A stretch of 64,000 bases of DNA from a cyanobacterium endosymbiont of Rhopalodia gibba (GCA_045159875.1 CP067995.1:2368001-2432000), one strand, 5' to 3'; counted from the stretch's first letter, positions 22,173-32,809 are shown. Notes: generated by a model not told the origin, from the letters alone. Program-made: numbers and translations.

Positions 22173-23246
22173 CTAATCATTTTTGTATAATTGAAACTGT
22201 TTTTTAACCATTGTTTGGACTTGGCTAATGGTAGGATTTATTTCATAGATTTGTTGTCGTGAACCTTTTAAATATGCCTGCTGTTCTTGTTCAATCATGG
22301 TAATATCTTGTTTTACTAGTCCATCTAACATTTTTTGTGCTGATCCAAACAAACTATTTTTAATCCAACGTCGAAACCAGATGGGTAGTTTATGAAGTCT
22401 CCAAAAAGCATCTAAAGAAGTAAAATGAATTAAATAAGCACGAGTATAAGTCTTATTAATGGGACAGAATAAACAATAGATTTTAAAGTCCTTTCCTAGG
22501 GTTGACATCCAATGGGGATAAATATAACTAACTTGTAAAAGTTCAGGATGTAATCGGCGCAAACGAGGAAAAAAAAGTTGAAAAATCGACCATATTTTAT
22601 CTATCTTATAGTAGCTTTTGGTTTCATATAGGGCGTCTACTCGTTTCTCATTAGATGAGAGTTTAGCTAATTTAGCTGAATTCCAAGCTTGATAATTTTC
22701 ATGTAAATGTCCATGATACATATCCATTAAATTTTCAATCAAAAATGAGAAATGTCCTCGACATTCAATAGTTGAAACAGTTGCAATATAGTTGAGATGC
22801 TCCCATTCAGGAATTTCTAACGGTTGCTCATAGGTTTCTTGTAATTTCTTCGAGTCTCCTAAAAATAACCAAATAAACCCATCCGACTCCCAAACCGGAT
22901 AGGACGTAATTTGACAGTTAGGTAACTTGTTTTTCTTATTTAAATAGGGAACAAATATACACTTTCCTTCCCGATTAAATCGCCATCCATGATAAGCACA
23001 TTCTAAGCTATTTCCAATGATTTTACCACTACTTAGTTTTACTTGACGGTGAGGACAGCTATTTTCAATGGCTTGGACTTTTCTTTGTTCATCTCGATAG
23101 AGTACGACAGAATAGTCCCAAACCATAACTTCTAATGGTTCATCATTTACCTCTAGACTCCGAGCCACAACATACCAGTAATTAAGATTAATTCCACAGG
23201 TACGAACATCAACAGTTTTGGTGGTGTTGGTTGAAAATTTAGCCAT
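22173..23246 (-). CDS. Rieske non-heme iron oxygenase (ring-hydroxylating alpha/PaO-like family)
   Basis: Rieske CPHR...CAYHGW and mononuclear iron site ENLMDMYHGHLH; substrate unknown. Confidence 0.85.
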   Translation of the reverse strand: MAKFSTNTTKTVDVRTCGINLNYWYVVARSLEVNDEPLEVMVWDYSVVLYRDEQRKVQAIENSCPHRQVKLSSGKIIGNSLECAYHGWRFNREGKCIFVPYLNKKNKLPNCQITSYPVWESDGFIWLFLGDSKKLQETYEQPLEIPEWEHLNYIATVSTIECRGHFSFLIENLMDMYHGHLHENYQAWNSAKLAKLSSNEKRVDALYETKSYYKIDKIWSIFQLFFPRLRRLHPELLQVSYIYPHWMSTLGKDFKIYCLFCPINKTYTRAYLIHFTSLDAFWRLHKLPIWFRRWIKNSLFGSAQKMLDGLVKQDITMIEQEQQAYLKGSRQQIYEINPTISQVQTMVKKQFQLYKND

Positions 23247-23319
23247 TGCCTCATGTGGTTTATAGGCAGTAATTTCGAACTCATTCTAAATGACTCACCT
23301 TTAACATAACACTAAAAAA

Positions 23320-23846
23320 ATATAATGTGAAGCATTAGAAGCATTAATGGATAATCGTTATAGATGAGAGTAAAGGAAATCATTAAACTTGGATATCAAG
23401 TAGTGTGAGGAACAGAAAAAATAGTCCATGAGGATCAATTGAAATGTAAAGTCCTTTTTCTCGGTGCTTGGAGCTATAGGTGAATCAAAACTTCTAGCAA
23501 TTAATGCCAAATTAACCAATTTATCTCTACTTGTTTGCGAGTAAAAGTCCGTACTGCACCTTCAAACAAGTTCAATAAAATTGGGACTTTCTCGCTAAAA
23601 CTTTTTCTTTTCTTGTCTATGACATTCACTTTGATACAATTGAATACGATGGCTCGAGCCATTATTTTTATCCAAAAGCTAGGTTTAACCACTTTAACCA
23701 CTTTCAAGGTGGGTTAACTTGAGAAACTTGGTTATTTTTGGGCGTATCCTATCACAGCTAATCTATTTTAGAAATAAACTTTATCTCCTCCCATTACTAA
23801 TTATTAGCTACACGGATAAGGTAAAATCAGGAACTGCTCCAGACAT
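23320..23846 (-). pseudogene. Probable relic of a hypothetical protein gene divergent from scpB
   Basis: ATG at 23846 gives MSGAVPDFTLSV*, followed by the 68-codon fragment 23501-23707; coding-like composition with stops and a 9-bp duplication (ttaaccact x2); family not identified. Confidence 0.35.
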
Positions 23847-23898
23847 AATTCAGCTTTTCTTAACAGAAACTTTGCCATTACAATTATTTAGAACAGTT

Positions 23899-24360
23899 AT
23901 GAAATTAGCAATCAAAATTGAGTCCATTCTCTATTTAAAAGGTAAACCCTTGTCCTTAACAAAAATTGCTCAATGTGCTGATTGCGAAGTGGATGAGGTA
24001 CAAGAAGCTATCATTGAATTAATGTCAGACTATGCGTATCGAGACAGCGAGTTAGAAGTACGAGAAATGTCTCAAGGCTATAGCCTACAGCTACGACCAA
24101 TATTCGACAGCTTGATAGATGACTCAATTCCTGCAGAATTTTAAAAGGGAACCCTTCGAACCTTAGCTGCAATCGCTCTCAAAAATCCTATTGTACAAAC
24201 TGACTTGATTGAACTCAGTGGCAGCAGTGCCTATCAACACGTTCAAGAATTGCTTAGACTAGGATTTGTTCGCAAATATTGTCATCAAAATGGACGATAA
24301 TACTGGTTGAAAAATACTGATAAATTTCATCAGTATTTTGAAATTGATAAATTTTCTTAG
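23899..24360 (+). pseudogene. scpB: SMC-ScpAB condensin subunit ScpB, pseudogene
   Basis: MKLAIKIESILYLKGKPLSL...GYSLQLR...PAEF*KGTLRTLAAIALKNPIVQTDLIELSGSSAYQHVQEL...NGR*YWLKNTDKFHQYF; two in-frame TAA at 24142-24144 and 24298-24300. Confidence 0.92.
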
Positions 24361-24539
24361 TATACACATTAACAGTTATCATATAACATTTTATATTAAA
24401 AATATTGGACCACTTTAAACCCAAAAATAGCTTACCAAATATCTTCCTTGATTATTACAAAAACTTAATGAAGGTAGCTTTTAATACTTAAAATATTGCA
24501 AAATGTAAAAATTAGACTAGCCCGTTTGATCGAATACCT

Positions 24540-24914
24540 GTGACTGACCAGTTTACCCAACTTAAAGATGTCATTGGACGATTGTCCTCAACCCTAATAG
24601 CTATGGTTGTTATCACCCTTGTATTAATAGTAGGTTGGTATTTGCACGAAGCGTCTGAACCCTATGTTCAAGAAGTCTTATCTCTTAAAGGAGACATGAA
24701 CAAGGGACGGGCTATCTTTGAAATTAACTGTGCAGGATGTCATGGCTTACAAGCTGATAGAAGCGTAGGGCCCAGTTTACATCAAGTACACAAACATAAA
24801 TCTAAAATTAAACTTATTCATCAAGTTATCAGTGGAAAAACGCCGCCTATGCCAAAATTTAAGCCTAGTTCTCAAGAAATGTCCGATTTACTTAGTTATT
24901 TAGAGCATCTTTAA
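24540..24914 (+). CDS. cytM: Cytochrome cM
   Basis: N-terminal TM segment, PYVQEVLSLKGD, CAGCH heme motif, GKTPPMPKF. Confidence 0.85.
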   Translation: MTDQFTQLKDVIGRLSSTLIAMVVITLVLIVGWYLHEASEPYVQEVLSLKGDMNKGRAIFEINCAGCHGLQADRSVGPSLHQVHKHKSKIKLIHQVISGKTPPMPKFKPSSQEMSDLLSYLEHL

Positions 24915-24925
24915 GTTAAGAAATT

Positions 24926-25723
24926 ATGTTTTGGTATGACGGGGAATTGATGGAAACAGAAACTATTTCTGTTAAGGTAACCGAACCGGGTTTAATTTAT
25001 GGGGCAACAGTATTTACAACATTACGTGTCTATCAAAAGTCTCTTGACCATCGTTTGACCCAATGGTCTACTCATTGTCATCGACTCGAATGCAGCTTAA
25101 AAACCTTTGGTTGGACGTTACCTAATTGGCAACAATTACGCCAAGAAGCCGAAGTATTAATTTACTATTATCCTGTCTTAAGATTAACGGTTTTTCCTGA
25201 TGGGAAAGAATGGATTACGGGACGTTTTTTACCTAAAGATTTAGAACAATCTCAACAACAAGGGATAAAAGGATGGGTCGCTAACACTAGTTTATATAAA
25301 CGATCTTTAGCTAATTATAAAACTGGCAACTATTTAGGAACATTTTTAGCTTTACAAAAAGCTGAAAAATTAGGCTTTAAAGAAACAATTTTAGTTGATA
25401 ACCAAGGAAATTGGTTAGAAACTAGTACAGGGAATCTTTGGGGATATAAACAGGGGGAATGGTATACACCCCCTATCAAAGAAGCAATCTTACCAGGAAT
25501 CGGACAATCACAGTTATTATCTTGGTTGAATCATCAACAAATTCCTATTAATCAAACCCAATGGAATTTAGATCTTATTAAAAGTTTAGAGATCATTGCT
25601 TATGGTAACAGTGTGGTTGAAATCATCCCTTTCACTTTGATAGAAATGGAAGGTAAAAGTCTTAATCTTAATACATCGTATTCAAATCTTAAACAATTAC
25701 AAGATTATTACCGGTCTAATTAA
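24926..25723 (+). CDS. Class IV PLP aminotransferase, probably 4-amino-4-deoxychorismate lyase
   Basis: GLIYGATVFTTLR, YKTGNY, ETSTGNLW and ILPGI motifs. Confidence 0.8.
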   Translation: MFWYDGELMETETISVKVTEPGLIYGATVFTTLRVYQKSLDHRLTQWSTHCHRLECSLKTFGWTLPNWQQLRQEAEVLIYYYPVLRLTVFPDGKEWITGRFLPKDLEQSQQQGIKGWVANTSLYKRSLANYKTGNYLGTFLALQKAEKLGFKETILVDNQGNWLETSTGNLWGYKQGEWYTPPIKEAILPGIGQSQLLSWLNHQQIPINQTQWNLDLIKSLEIIAYGNSVVEIIPFTLIEMEGKSLNLNTSYSNLKQLQDYYRSN

Positions 25724-26123
25724 AGTAGAGAGAAACACAGTAGCCATTCTGTTTTTGAAATATAACTTTTATAGTTTTTGTTGTTCTAATTCTGTTAGCT
25801 TAACTTTTGGACAAGCTGGAATTTAGTTTGATGCTATTTTCCAAATTTTATTCTGTTCTAGTAGACATATTTCAAATTACTTGTTTATGACTCACACCTT
25901 ATACCAGAACTAAATAACTTTAAAAACAACATGAAGAAAATAAATTGGTGATGAATCGATTATAAATTTTTATGACTATTACTTATTACTTTCTTATTTG
26001 AGATTGAAACAAGTCTATTCCTAATTAAGTGTTATATCTGAGTCTAATACGAATAGAAATAGGAACACAAACCATTCTAGATTGTGTCCCTAATGAGCCC
26101 AAAATACTACCAAATAAATTGAT

Positions 26124-27557
26124 TTAATTAACAAAATTTTCTTCAGTAGTTCCTTCATGAATTGTCTTAACCCATTTAAGACGTTTAGGAAAAATCGCCA
26201 TTCGAATAGTGACACTAGGAATAATAATAAACCAGTGCATCATATAAAAAGTTCCCTTCAAAGATAACCACATCAATCGAAACACATCTACAATCCCCAA
26301 ATTTTTGTTTTTTTCATTGCGACGTAACCCATTAAATACACCCCAAGAAGACAAAGATAAAATTAATATGGTTAACGGACTAAAAATTGGTAAGTGATGA
26401 CGTAAAATTACCATCAAAAAGTCAGGAAATACTGCCATTAATATCAAATACTGCATGACAATAAACGATAGCATATCAACCTTTTTCGTCCAGCCAATGT
26501 GCTCATTAAGAATCAACCGCCAATAATCTAAATATCGTTGATACCCTCCCTCTCCCCAACGGTTTCGTTGATGCCAAAGAGATGTTACTGTTGTTACTCC
26601 TTCCTCTTTCACAGTAGGAGCGGATAAAAAGCCAATTTTCCAATTGTCCAAGTGTAACCGAATAGTTAAATCAAGATCATCTGTAATTGTTTGTTCATTC
26701 CATCCCCCACAACGAGATAAAGCTAAACGCCTAACAAATTGTCCATTACCGCGCAATTCTCCAATTCCCCCGAGCGCAACCCGTTGCTGTTGAAAATAGC
26801 CATCGAGGGCCATCTCTATTCCCTGTCCTTTCGTCCAAAAATTCAGAGATGCATTAGCGATATCCTTGCGAACTTGAACCGCTCCTACCGTTTTGTCTTT
26901 AAATAAAGGAACTACACAACGTAATAAATCCTGAGAAACCTTAGCATCCGCATCAAAAACCGCAATAATATCTCCATGAGTTTGGGATAATGCCTGATTT
27001 AATGCTCCTGATTTTCCTCCTTCTCCATTAGCCGGACGACAAATCACATTGAGTTGAGAATACTTTTTGGCTAATTGCGCTAAAATTCGGGGAGTGTTAT
27101 CAGTACTGTAATCATCAACTACCCACAAGTTATATTTATCAGTAGGATAATCCAAATTACACAAAGTCGTTATCAGTTGACCAATAACCGCCTCCTCATT
27201 TTTAGCCGCTACTAACAAAGAAACCGAAGGAACATGACCATTAGCAATAACTTCATCAGACAAAGGACTCGGCACATCCTCCGGTTTAGCGGTTATCAGA
27301 CGTAACGTTTGGATAAAAAATAACCCTGTTAGTACTAAAACAACCCAAGTCCCCCAATTTACTAAATGAAGAACAATAGTAATACCCCAAACAGTCATAA
27401 GGACAAAAGCAGCTTTTTTACGCCGTCCTGATAATCCTTGGAAAAAATTGTTTCTAAATTTTTCTTCTTCATCTTGGAGATCAGACCATTCCGATAATAA
27501 TGAACTGAAGGGATCCAAGTTCTGAGCAGCTTCGTCTGACCAATAATTATTTTGCAT
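26124..27557 (-). CDS. mgdA: Monoglucosyldiacylglycerol synthase (GT2)
   Basis: GRRKKAAFVL, GGKSGALN, FDADA, ELRGNGQF, TDDLDL, QRNRWGEGG, RLKWVKT; resembles Synechocystis Sll1377; adjacent to mgdE. Confidence 0.88.
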   Translation of the reverse strand: MQNNYWSDEAAQNLDPFSSLLSEWSDLQDEEEKFRNNFFQGLSGRRKKAAFVLMTVWGITIVLHLVNWGTWVVLVLTGLFFIQTLRLITAKPEDVPSPLSDEVIANGHVPSVSLLVAAKNEEAVIGQLITTLCNLDYPTDKYNLWVVDDYSTDNTPRILAQLAKKYSQLNVICRPANGEGGKSGALNQALSQTHGDIIAVFDADAKVSQDLLRCVVPLFKDKTVGAVQVRKDIANASLNFWTKGQGIEMALDGYFQQQRVALGGIGELRGNGQFVRRLALSRCGGWNEQTITDDLDLTIRLHLDNWKIGFLSAPTVKEEGVTTVTSLWHQRNRWGEGGYQRYLDYWRLILNEHIGWTKKVDMLSFIVMQYLILMAVFPDFLMVILRHHLPIFSPLTILILSLSSWGVFNGLRRNEKNKNLGIVDVFRLMWLSLKGTFYMMHWFIIIPSVTIRMAIFPKRLKWVKTIHEGTTEENFVN

Positions 27558-27831
27558 AAATCGATGTTTTGATTAATTCGTTTGCTTTGATGCTAACAAC
27601 TTTCGTTATTCTCTTTGTTCGTTTGTTGCCTGCTTTACACTTTAAGGTTTTATTCTAGCGGAGAATGCAAATTTTGTTTGTTGGTGTTTTTTGGGGGTCA
27701 TTTCGGTTAAACATTAAGGATGAAAAACTATAATGGGGAGGCTATACTGGCACGTCGGCTACTGTTAAAATAAAAGCGAACTATTCCTTATTTTTCATCT
27801 ATATTAACAAATAAATAAGTCTAATCATTTT

Positions 27832-29061
27832 ATGTTAAGTGATATTATTACGATGCTCTCTCTACTGTTAGGTTCAGTTCTCTGGGTAGAAATTGTTCGG
27901 GACTGTTACCATAGGTTATCCCACCATTGGATTCCTTTATATCGTCTTCATGCTTGGCATCATCGTGTATTTCGTCCTGACTTATCCCCCGTCAGTGAGG
28001 AAATTTACCGTAAAGCTCATTGGTATAATGATCTCCCAGAAGCATTAATCATGTTGACTTTTAGCCTGATTGCTGGGACAGTATCTTTGTTTGGAAGCTT
28101 TCCCTACAGTTGGATGGCGTGGGGAGGGTCAATTTATGCTTTAACCTTTCTGATAGGGGCGATCACGCGGGGGATAGGAGTTCCTTACGCCGATAAATTC
28201 ACGGATATTACCCACCGCCAAGGGGAATTTGTTACTCTCCCTGGGAACTGGTTTGTTAATCGTCCGTACCATTGGCGACACCATTTTGATAATCAAAAGG
28301 CTTATTATAGCGGAACACTAACTTTAGTAGATAAACTTATGGGAACCGCACTATCTCTAAAAAGAAAAACCGTTGCAGTCACTGGTGCATCGGGAACTTT
28401 GGGGCAATCTCTCTTAAGACAGCTCTATATTAATGGAGCTATACCGATTGCTTTTACCTCTAAACCTCAGTCTATTTCAATAGAAATTGAAGACAAAAGA
28501 TTACCGATAAAAACATTAACTTGGCAAGTCGGTCGAGAATTGGAATTAACGGATGAGTTAGAGTCAGTTGATATTTTAATTATCAATCATGGTATTAATG
28601 TTTATCATGAAAGAACCCCAGAAGCTATTAATAAATCTTATGAAGTAAATACATTTTCTAGTTTGCGGTTAATGGAGTTATTTATTACTACTATTAGAAC
28701 AAACAAAGATAGGGTTTGCAAGGAAGTTTGGGTTAACACCTCTGAAGCAGAAGTTGGTCCCGCAGTTAGCCCCCTTTACGAATTAAGTAAACGAGCTTTA
28801 GGAGACCTAGTTACTTTGCGTCGTTTGGATGCTCCTTGCGTGGTCAGAAAATTAATTTTAGGACCATTTAAAAGTAATCTCAATCCTATTGGACTAATGT
28901 CCGGAGATTGGGTCGCTAAACATATTGTGAAAGCAGCAAAAGCTGATAATCGGAACATTATAGTCACTGTTAATCCTATCACATTTATTGTGTTTCCTCT
29001 CAGGGAATTTTTTGTTTCCCTATATTTCAAATTATTCAGCAAGAAGGTAAATCTAATTTAA
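27832..29061 (+). CDS. mgdE: Monoglucosyldiacylglycerol epimerase (fatty-acid-hydroxylase-like + SDR fusion)
   Basis: His boxes HAWHH and HWRHH, Rossmann TGASGTLG, NTSEAE, YELSK; resembles Sll1376. Confidence 0.85.
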   Translation: MLSDIITMLSLLLGSVLWVEIVRDCYHRLSHHWIPLYRLHAWHHRVFRPDLSPVSEEIYRKAHWYNDLPEALIMLTFSLIAGTVSLFGSFPYSWMAWGGSIYALTFLIGAITRGIGVPYADKFTDITHRQGEFVTLPGNWFVNRPYHWRHHFDNQKAYYSGTLTLVDKLMGTALSLKRKTVAVTGASGTLGQSLLRQLYINGAIPIAFTSKPQSISIEIEDKRLPIKTLTWQVGRELELTDELESVDILIINHGINVYHERTPEAINKSYEVNTFSSLRLMELFITTIRTNKDRVCKEVWVNTSEAEVGPAVSPLYELSKRALGDLVTLRRLDAPCVVRKLILGPFKSNLNPIGLMSGDWVAKHIVKAAKADNRNIIVTVNPITFIVFPLREFFVSLYFKLFSKKVNLI

Positions 29062-29790
29062 AAAGATATTAGGATAAGAGGAAAACTAGCTATTAATCAT
29101 CGAGTCATTAAATTGTTATTTGTTTTGTTGACTTAGGCACAACAATATTTTTTTATTTATTATTCAACATCTTTATTCTAAAGTAATGGATTTCTTCGAT
29201 GAATTCACTCATTAATTTTTAATAATATTAATAAGTGAATTCTTTTGCTCTCGGAAAGTTTTTAACTCTCCATTTTTAATTCCAATAAATAACATGGAAT
29301 TAAAATTGAATAAAGAACCCTATCCTTAGTATTTGTAATTGCCAGTGCATCCTGTCTTTCCGAAAATATTATCGAATGGGTAATAAAGCCATCGTTTTTG
29401 ACTTTTTTATTATACTTTCATTTTTGGTTTAGTATGGACTATAAATGCCTAAGATAAGTAGGGCTACTTTACTTTTATTTAGCGAAGAAAAAAAGTTATT
29501 AATTTTCTATTTTTTTTTATAAAGTATACTTCTGCTAGAATTATAATGGTAGATTGTCAATATTAACGTTTTCAACGTCTTATTTGAGGATTGTTTAAGT
29601 TTCTAATAGTTTATTTCTTATTAAGATCATTTTAATTTAATTTAAAAAACCGGCTATATCAGGTTTTGATGGCTTTTCACTATCCTAAATGTGGTAAAGC
29701 TTAAAGTATTATTCTTATAAAGTTAGTTTGAACTAGATTAAAAGTCTTTTAATTTTAACGTTAAACCTCAAAAGTAGAACTAAATTATTA

Positions 29791-30462
29791 ATGACCAATT
29801 TTGCGATTCAAGTTAAAGATTTAAGCTTTGGTTGGGATAACAACTCTCTTGTACTGCAATCATGTTCTCTAGAAGTTCCTGAAGGGGAGTTTTGGATGTT
29901 ATTAGGTACTAATGGTAGTGGAAAATCAACCCTCTTACGATTAATGACGCGACTGCTAATTCCCCAAACTGGAACTATCGCCATGAGTACCCCTGTCGGT
30001 TTTGTCTTTCAAAACCCCGATCTTCAGTTAGTTATGCCAACCGTTGGGGCTGATATCGCCTTTGGGTTAGTTTCTGAACGTCTATCCCCTATGGAAGTCC
30101 GTAAGCGTGTAGCAAAGGCTTTGTCGGCTGTTAATCTTCTAGAATTAGAGCGACGGCCTATTTATGCTCTTAGTGGAGGTCAAAAACAACGTATCGCTAT
30201 TGCTGGGGCGATCGCCCGTCATTGTCGAGTTCTTCTCCTTGATGAACCTACAGCCCTTCTCGATGTTAATACTCAGTTAGAATTAGTGGCCCAAGTACAA
30301 CAGTTGGTTAAAAGTAAAGGCATTACCGCTTTATGGGTGACACATCGCTTAGAAGAGTTAAATTATTGTGATGGTGCTTTTTTGCTAGAAAATGGAAAAG
30401 TCATAGAAAAAGGAGATCCCAACCATCTGAAAGCTAGATTAATTTCAGAAACTTCCCCTTGA
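29791..30462 (+). CDS. ABC/ECF transporter ATP-binding protein (CbiO/EcfA-like)
   Basis: GTNGSGKST, FQNPD, LSGGQKQRIAIA and LLLDEPT motifs. Confidence 0.85.
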   Translation: MTNFAIQVKDLSFGWDNNSLVLQSCSLEVPEGEFWMLLGTNGSGKSTLLRLMTRLLIPQTGTIAMSTPVGFVFQNPDLQLVMPTVGADIAFGLVSERLSPMEVRKRVAKALSAVNLLELERRPIYALSGGQKQRIAIAGAIARHCRVLLLDEPTALLDVNTQLELVAQVQQLVKSKGITALWVTHRLEELNYCDGAFLLENGKVIEKGDPNHLKARLISETSP

Positions 30463-30539
30463 AATAAAAATTCTTTGTTAAAATCGGAGGACATTTGCAT
30501 CAAAAATATCTTAAACACATATGACCACTTTTAAAAAAT

Positions 30540-31085
30540 ATGGTTATTCCTCGCAATCCTTTATTGTTAATCGATGGTTATAACATTATTGGGAATTGGA
30601 CTTCTTTAAAAAGAACCCGTGATCGCCATGGGTTAGAATCGGCCAGACAACAACTCGTAGAGGCTCTAGTCAATTATGTAGCCCACAGTGGCTATCAAGC
30701 CCAAGTCGTTTTTGACTCCCAATATCGCAAAACTCCCAGTTCTTTAGAAAAACATTCCCCCAATTTATCTATATACTTTACCGCTTGGGCGCAAACAGCT
30801 GATACATACATTGAAAAAGTCTGTGCGTCTTTTTTTCATCAAACCAGTCCCACTCCGCCTCGATTAATCGTCGCTACTTCAGATCGAGATCAACGTTTGA
30901 CAGTAACAGGATATGGCGCAGAATGGATGTCGGCTCAACATCTAGCTAATGAAATTAATCTATCCACTCATCAAGTTAGACGCAAACAACGACCTAGCAA
31001 ACGTAGTCAGGGTCGTTTCTTGTTCAACTGTCTTGACGCTAAATCTCAAGCGCGCCTTACTCAGTGGCAACAAGGGACAAATTAA
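30540..31085 (+). CDS. NYN-domain ribonuclease (YacP/Rae1-like)
   Basis: LLIDGYNII, VVFD, TADTYIE and VATSD motifs. Confidence 0.85.
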   Translation: MVIPRNPLLLIDGYNIIGNWTSLKRTRDRHGLESARQQLVEALVNYVAHSGYQAQVVFDSQYRKTPSSLEKHSPNLSIYFTAWAQTADTYIEKVCASFFHQTSPTPPRLIVATSDRDQRLTVTGYGAEWMSAQHLANEINLSTHQVRRKQRPSKRSQGRFLFNCLDAKSQARLTQWQQGTN

Positions 31086-31247
31086 CAATCATGATTTCCT
31101 TGAGCAGGTTTCGGGAATTTATAGACAGATTTTTAAAAAACATGCATCTTAAAGAAGACCAGACTCAGGAATTTTTATAAAATTGATGAGTAATGCTATT
31201 GACATCAACAAAGATCATTGCTAGATTAGTGTACGTATAAAAAACAA

Positions 31248-31320
31248 GCCCCCATCGTCTAGTGGCCTAGGACACCTCCCTTTCACGGAGGCGACAGGGA
31301 TTCAAATTCCCTTGGGGGTA
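31248..31320 (+). tRNA. trnE: tRNA-Glu(TTC)
   Basis: GCCCCCA/TGGGGGT acceptor stem, anticodon arm cctcc-ctTTCac-ggagg, T arm GGGATTCAAATTCCC. Confidence 0.96.
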
Positions 31321-31325
31321 CTTCA

Positions 31326-31363
31326 GTAATAAGAAGTAAAATTTTAGTTTTACTTCTTATTAC
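31326..31363 (+). terminator. Hairpin immediately 3' of tRNA-Glu
   Basis: gtaataagaagtaaaa / ttttacttcttattac, perfect 16-bp arms. Confidence 0.7.
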
Positions 31364-31431
31364 CCACCGAATGACAGGGTCGAACTCAGGGTTTTCCGAA
31401 AACCTCGTCAAATGTAAAGTATTCCAGAAAT

Positions 31432-31447
31432 CCAGAGCTTTTTTACC
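31432..31447. repeat. 16-bp direct repeat flanking the serpin gene, left copy
   Basis: ccagagcttttttacc, identical to 32794-32809. Confidence 0.85.
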
Positions 31448-31462
31448 CTTATGGGGTAAGTT

Positions 31463-32755
31463 TTAGTTAGGTTTTTTCACGACTCCCATAAATATGATCG
31501 CATTAGTCTTATGATCACGAATTGTATATAAAAATGGACGATCAACGATCATAGTGAATTGTTCCTCTGGAAGAAACACAGAAGTCATCCTCGCACGAAA
31601 GGAACTAGTAACGGCTGACTGTGTTCCTTTCTCGTTAATCTCCACTAAAGTTTTGTGTCTCATACGATTCACATAAACTTGACGAGATGTTAACTTGGAA
31701 AAGTTAGCTAATGATTGTTCAAACATTGTGGACATTCCTAAGGACATTAAGGCCTTTTCCATATCAATTTCATTGGATAAACTGCAACGGGGCAGTTTTA
31801 ATTTGCCTTGTTGTTCACGAAATTGTCCCATCCATTTTTTCCACTGACCTACTGTTAATTGTGAAACTAGGTCTTTTAGATTCTTATCTGGTCGAGGAAG
31901 AAAAATTTCTAAACTAAAGCGTTCTCCTGTGTAAGGTAAACTCACCGCTTGAAAGTCTGACGTTTCAAAATAGCGGTACTTTCCTTCGCGAGACATCAAT
32001 GGAAATTTGATAACCCGATCATTACTTAAGTAAAATGGCTGTTGTGTAGTCAGATGAGGATCAAATTCTATTTGCCAAACTCCTTTAAAATAAATTGCGT
32101 TGACTAAAAAAAGTACATCTTCATTACTAATTTGCTCAATAATTTGGGGAATTTTCCCCAGGGTTTTGTCTTTTACCCAACGGTTAATAATTCCCACCGA
32201 CTCAGAACTATCAAAATTTAAATTAGTAATTTGAGCTCGATAGTATTCTTGATTAGTTTTAAGAAATTGATAACGAAAAGAAAATCCTTGCCTAGTCCAA
32301 AGCGAATTAGCAATTGCTAATTGACCACGATAATCATTTGTCTCTAACGATTTTTCTAGAGTTTTATTTGCATGATTAAAAGCATTAATATCTACTCCTT
32401 TAATCCCTAGTGCCCCCGACATTTCTTGCCGAGTGATTCCGCTTGCGCCATTATAGAGCATAGATAAAGCTAGAGCTAAACTAACAGGAGAAACAGCAAT
32501 ATTTTGTTCTGAATTTTGTCTGGCTAGGGTGGAAAAGAGCTTAAAACCAAATTGTATCTGAGAATTTACCAGTTTTTCCTTGCCCAAAGACTTGTTCGGG
32601 AAAAATATCTTTGGGGAAACTTCTTGTAGTGCTTGAGCGTCTGCTAATATGCTGAAAACTTGAATTTTAGACGAAGGAATAAACCAACTCAAGAGGAATA
32701 AACTCAGAAATCCGAAAGTTGTGATCAAAGTTTTTCGATTCGTCATTACTATCAC
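31463..32755 (-). CDS. Serpin (I4) family protein with N-terminal signal/TM segment
   Basis: NIAVSPVS, INRWV..KT.GKI, LVNAIYFKGVW, EINEKGT, VDRPFLY, IIFMG motifs. Confidence 0.92.
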   Translation of the reverse strand: MIVMTNRKTLITTFGFLSLFLLSWFIPSSKIQVFSILADAQALQEVSPKIFFPNKSLGKEKLVNSQIQFGFKLFSTLARQNSEQNIAVSPVSLALALSMLYNGASGITRQEMSGALGIKGVDINAFNHANKTLEKSLETNDYRGQLAIANSLWTRQGFSFRYQFLKTNQEYYRAQITNLNFDSSESVGIINRWVKDKTLGKIPQIIEQISNEDVLFLVNAIYFKGVWQIEFDPHLTTQQPFYLSNDRVIKFPLMSREGKYRYFETSDFQAVSLPYTGERFSLEIFLPRPDKNLKDLVSQLTVGQWKKWMGQFREQQGKLKLPRCSLSNEIDMEKALMSLGMSTMFEQSLANFSKLTSRQVYVNRMRHKTLVEINEKGTQSAVTSSFRARMTSVFLPEEQFTMIVDRPFLYTIRDHKTNAIIFMGVVKKPN

Positions 32756-32793
32756 TCCTATTTACCATGCAGCAATGTCCGAGTAAACCCACC

Positions 32794-32809
32794 CCAGAGC
32801 TTTTTTACC
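32794..32809. repeat. 16-bp direct repeat flanking the serpin gene, right copy
   Basis: ccagagcttttttacc, identical to 31432-31447. Confidence 0.85.

Noticed and set aside
23719..24144. 141-aa ORF from the track taken as an intact gene
   Set aside because: It is a spurious upstream extension plus the first half of the scpB pseudogene.
31364..31400. tRNA-like fragment (gttcga on the minus strand) after tRNA-Glu
   Set aside because: No cloverleaf, and it does not duplicate the tRNA-Glu 3' end.
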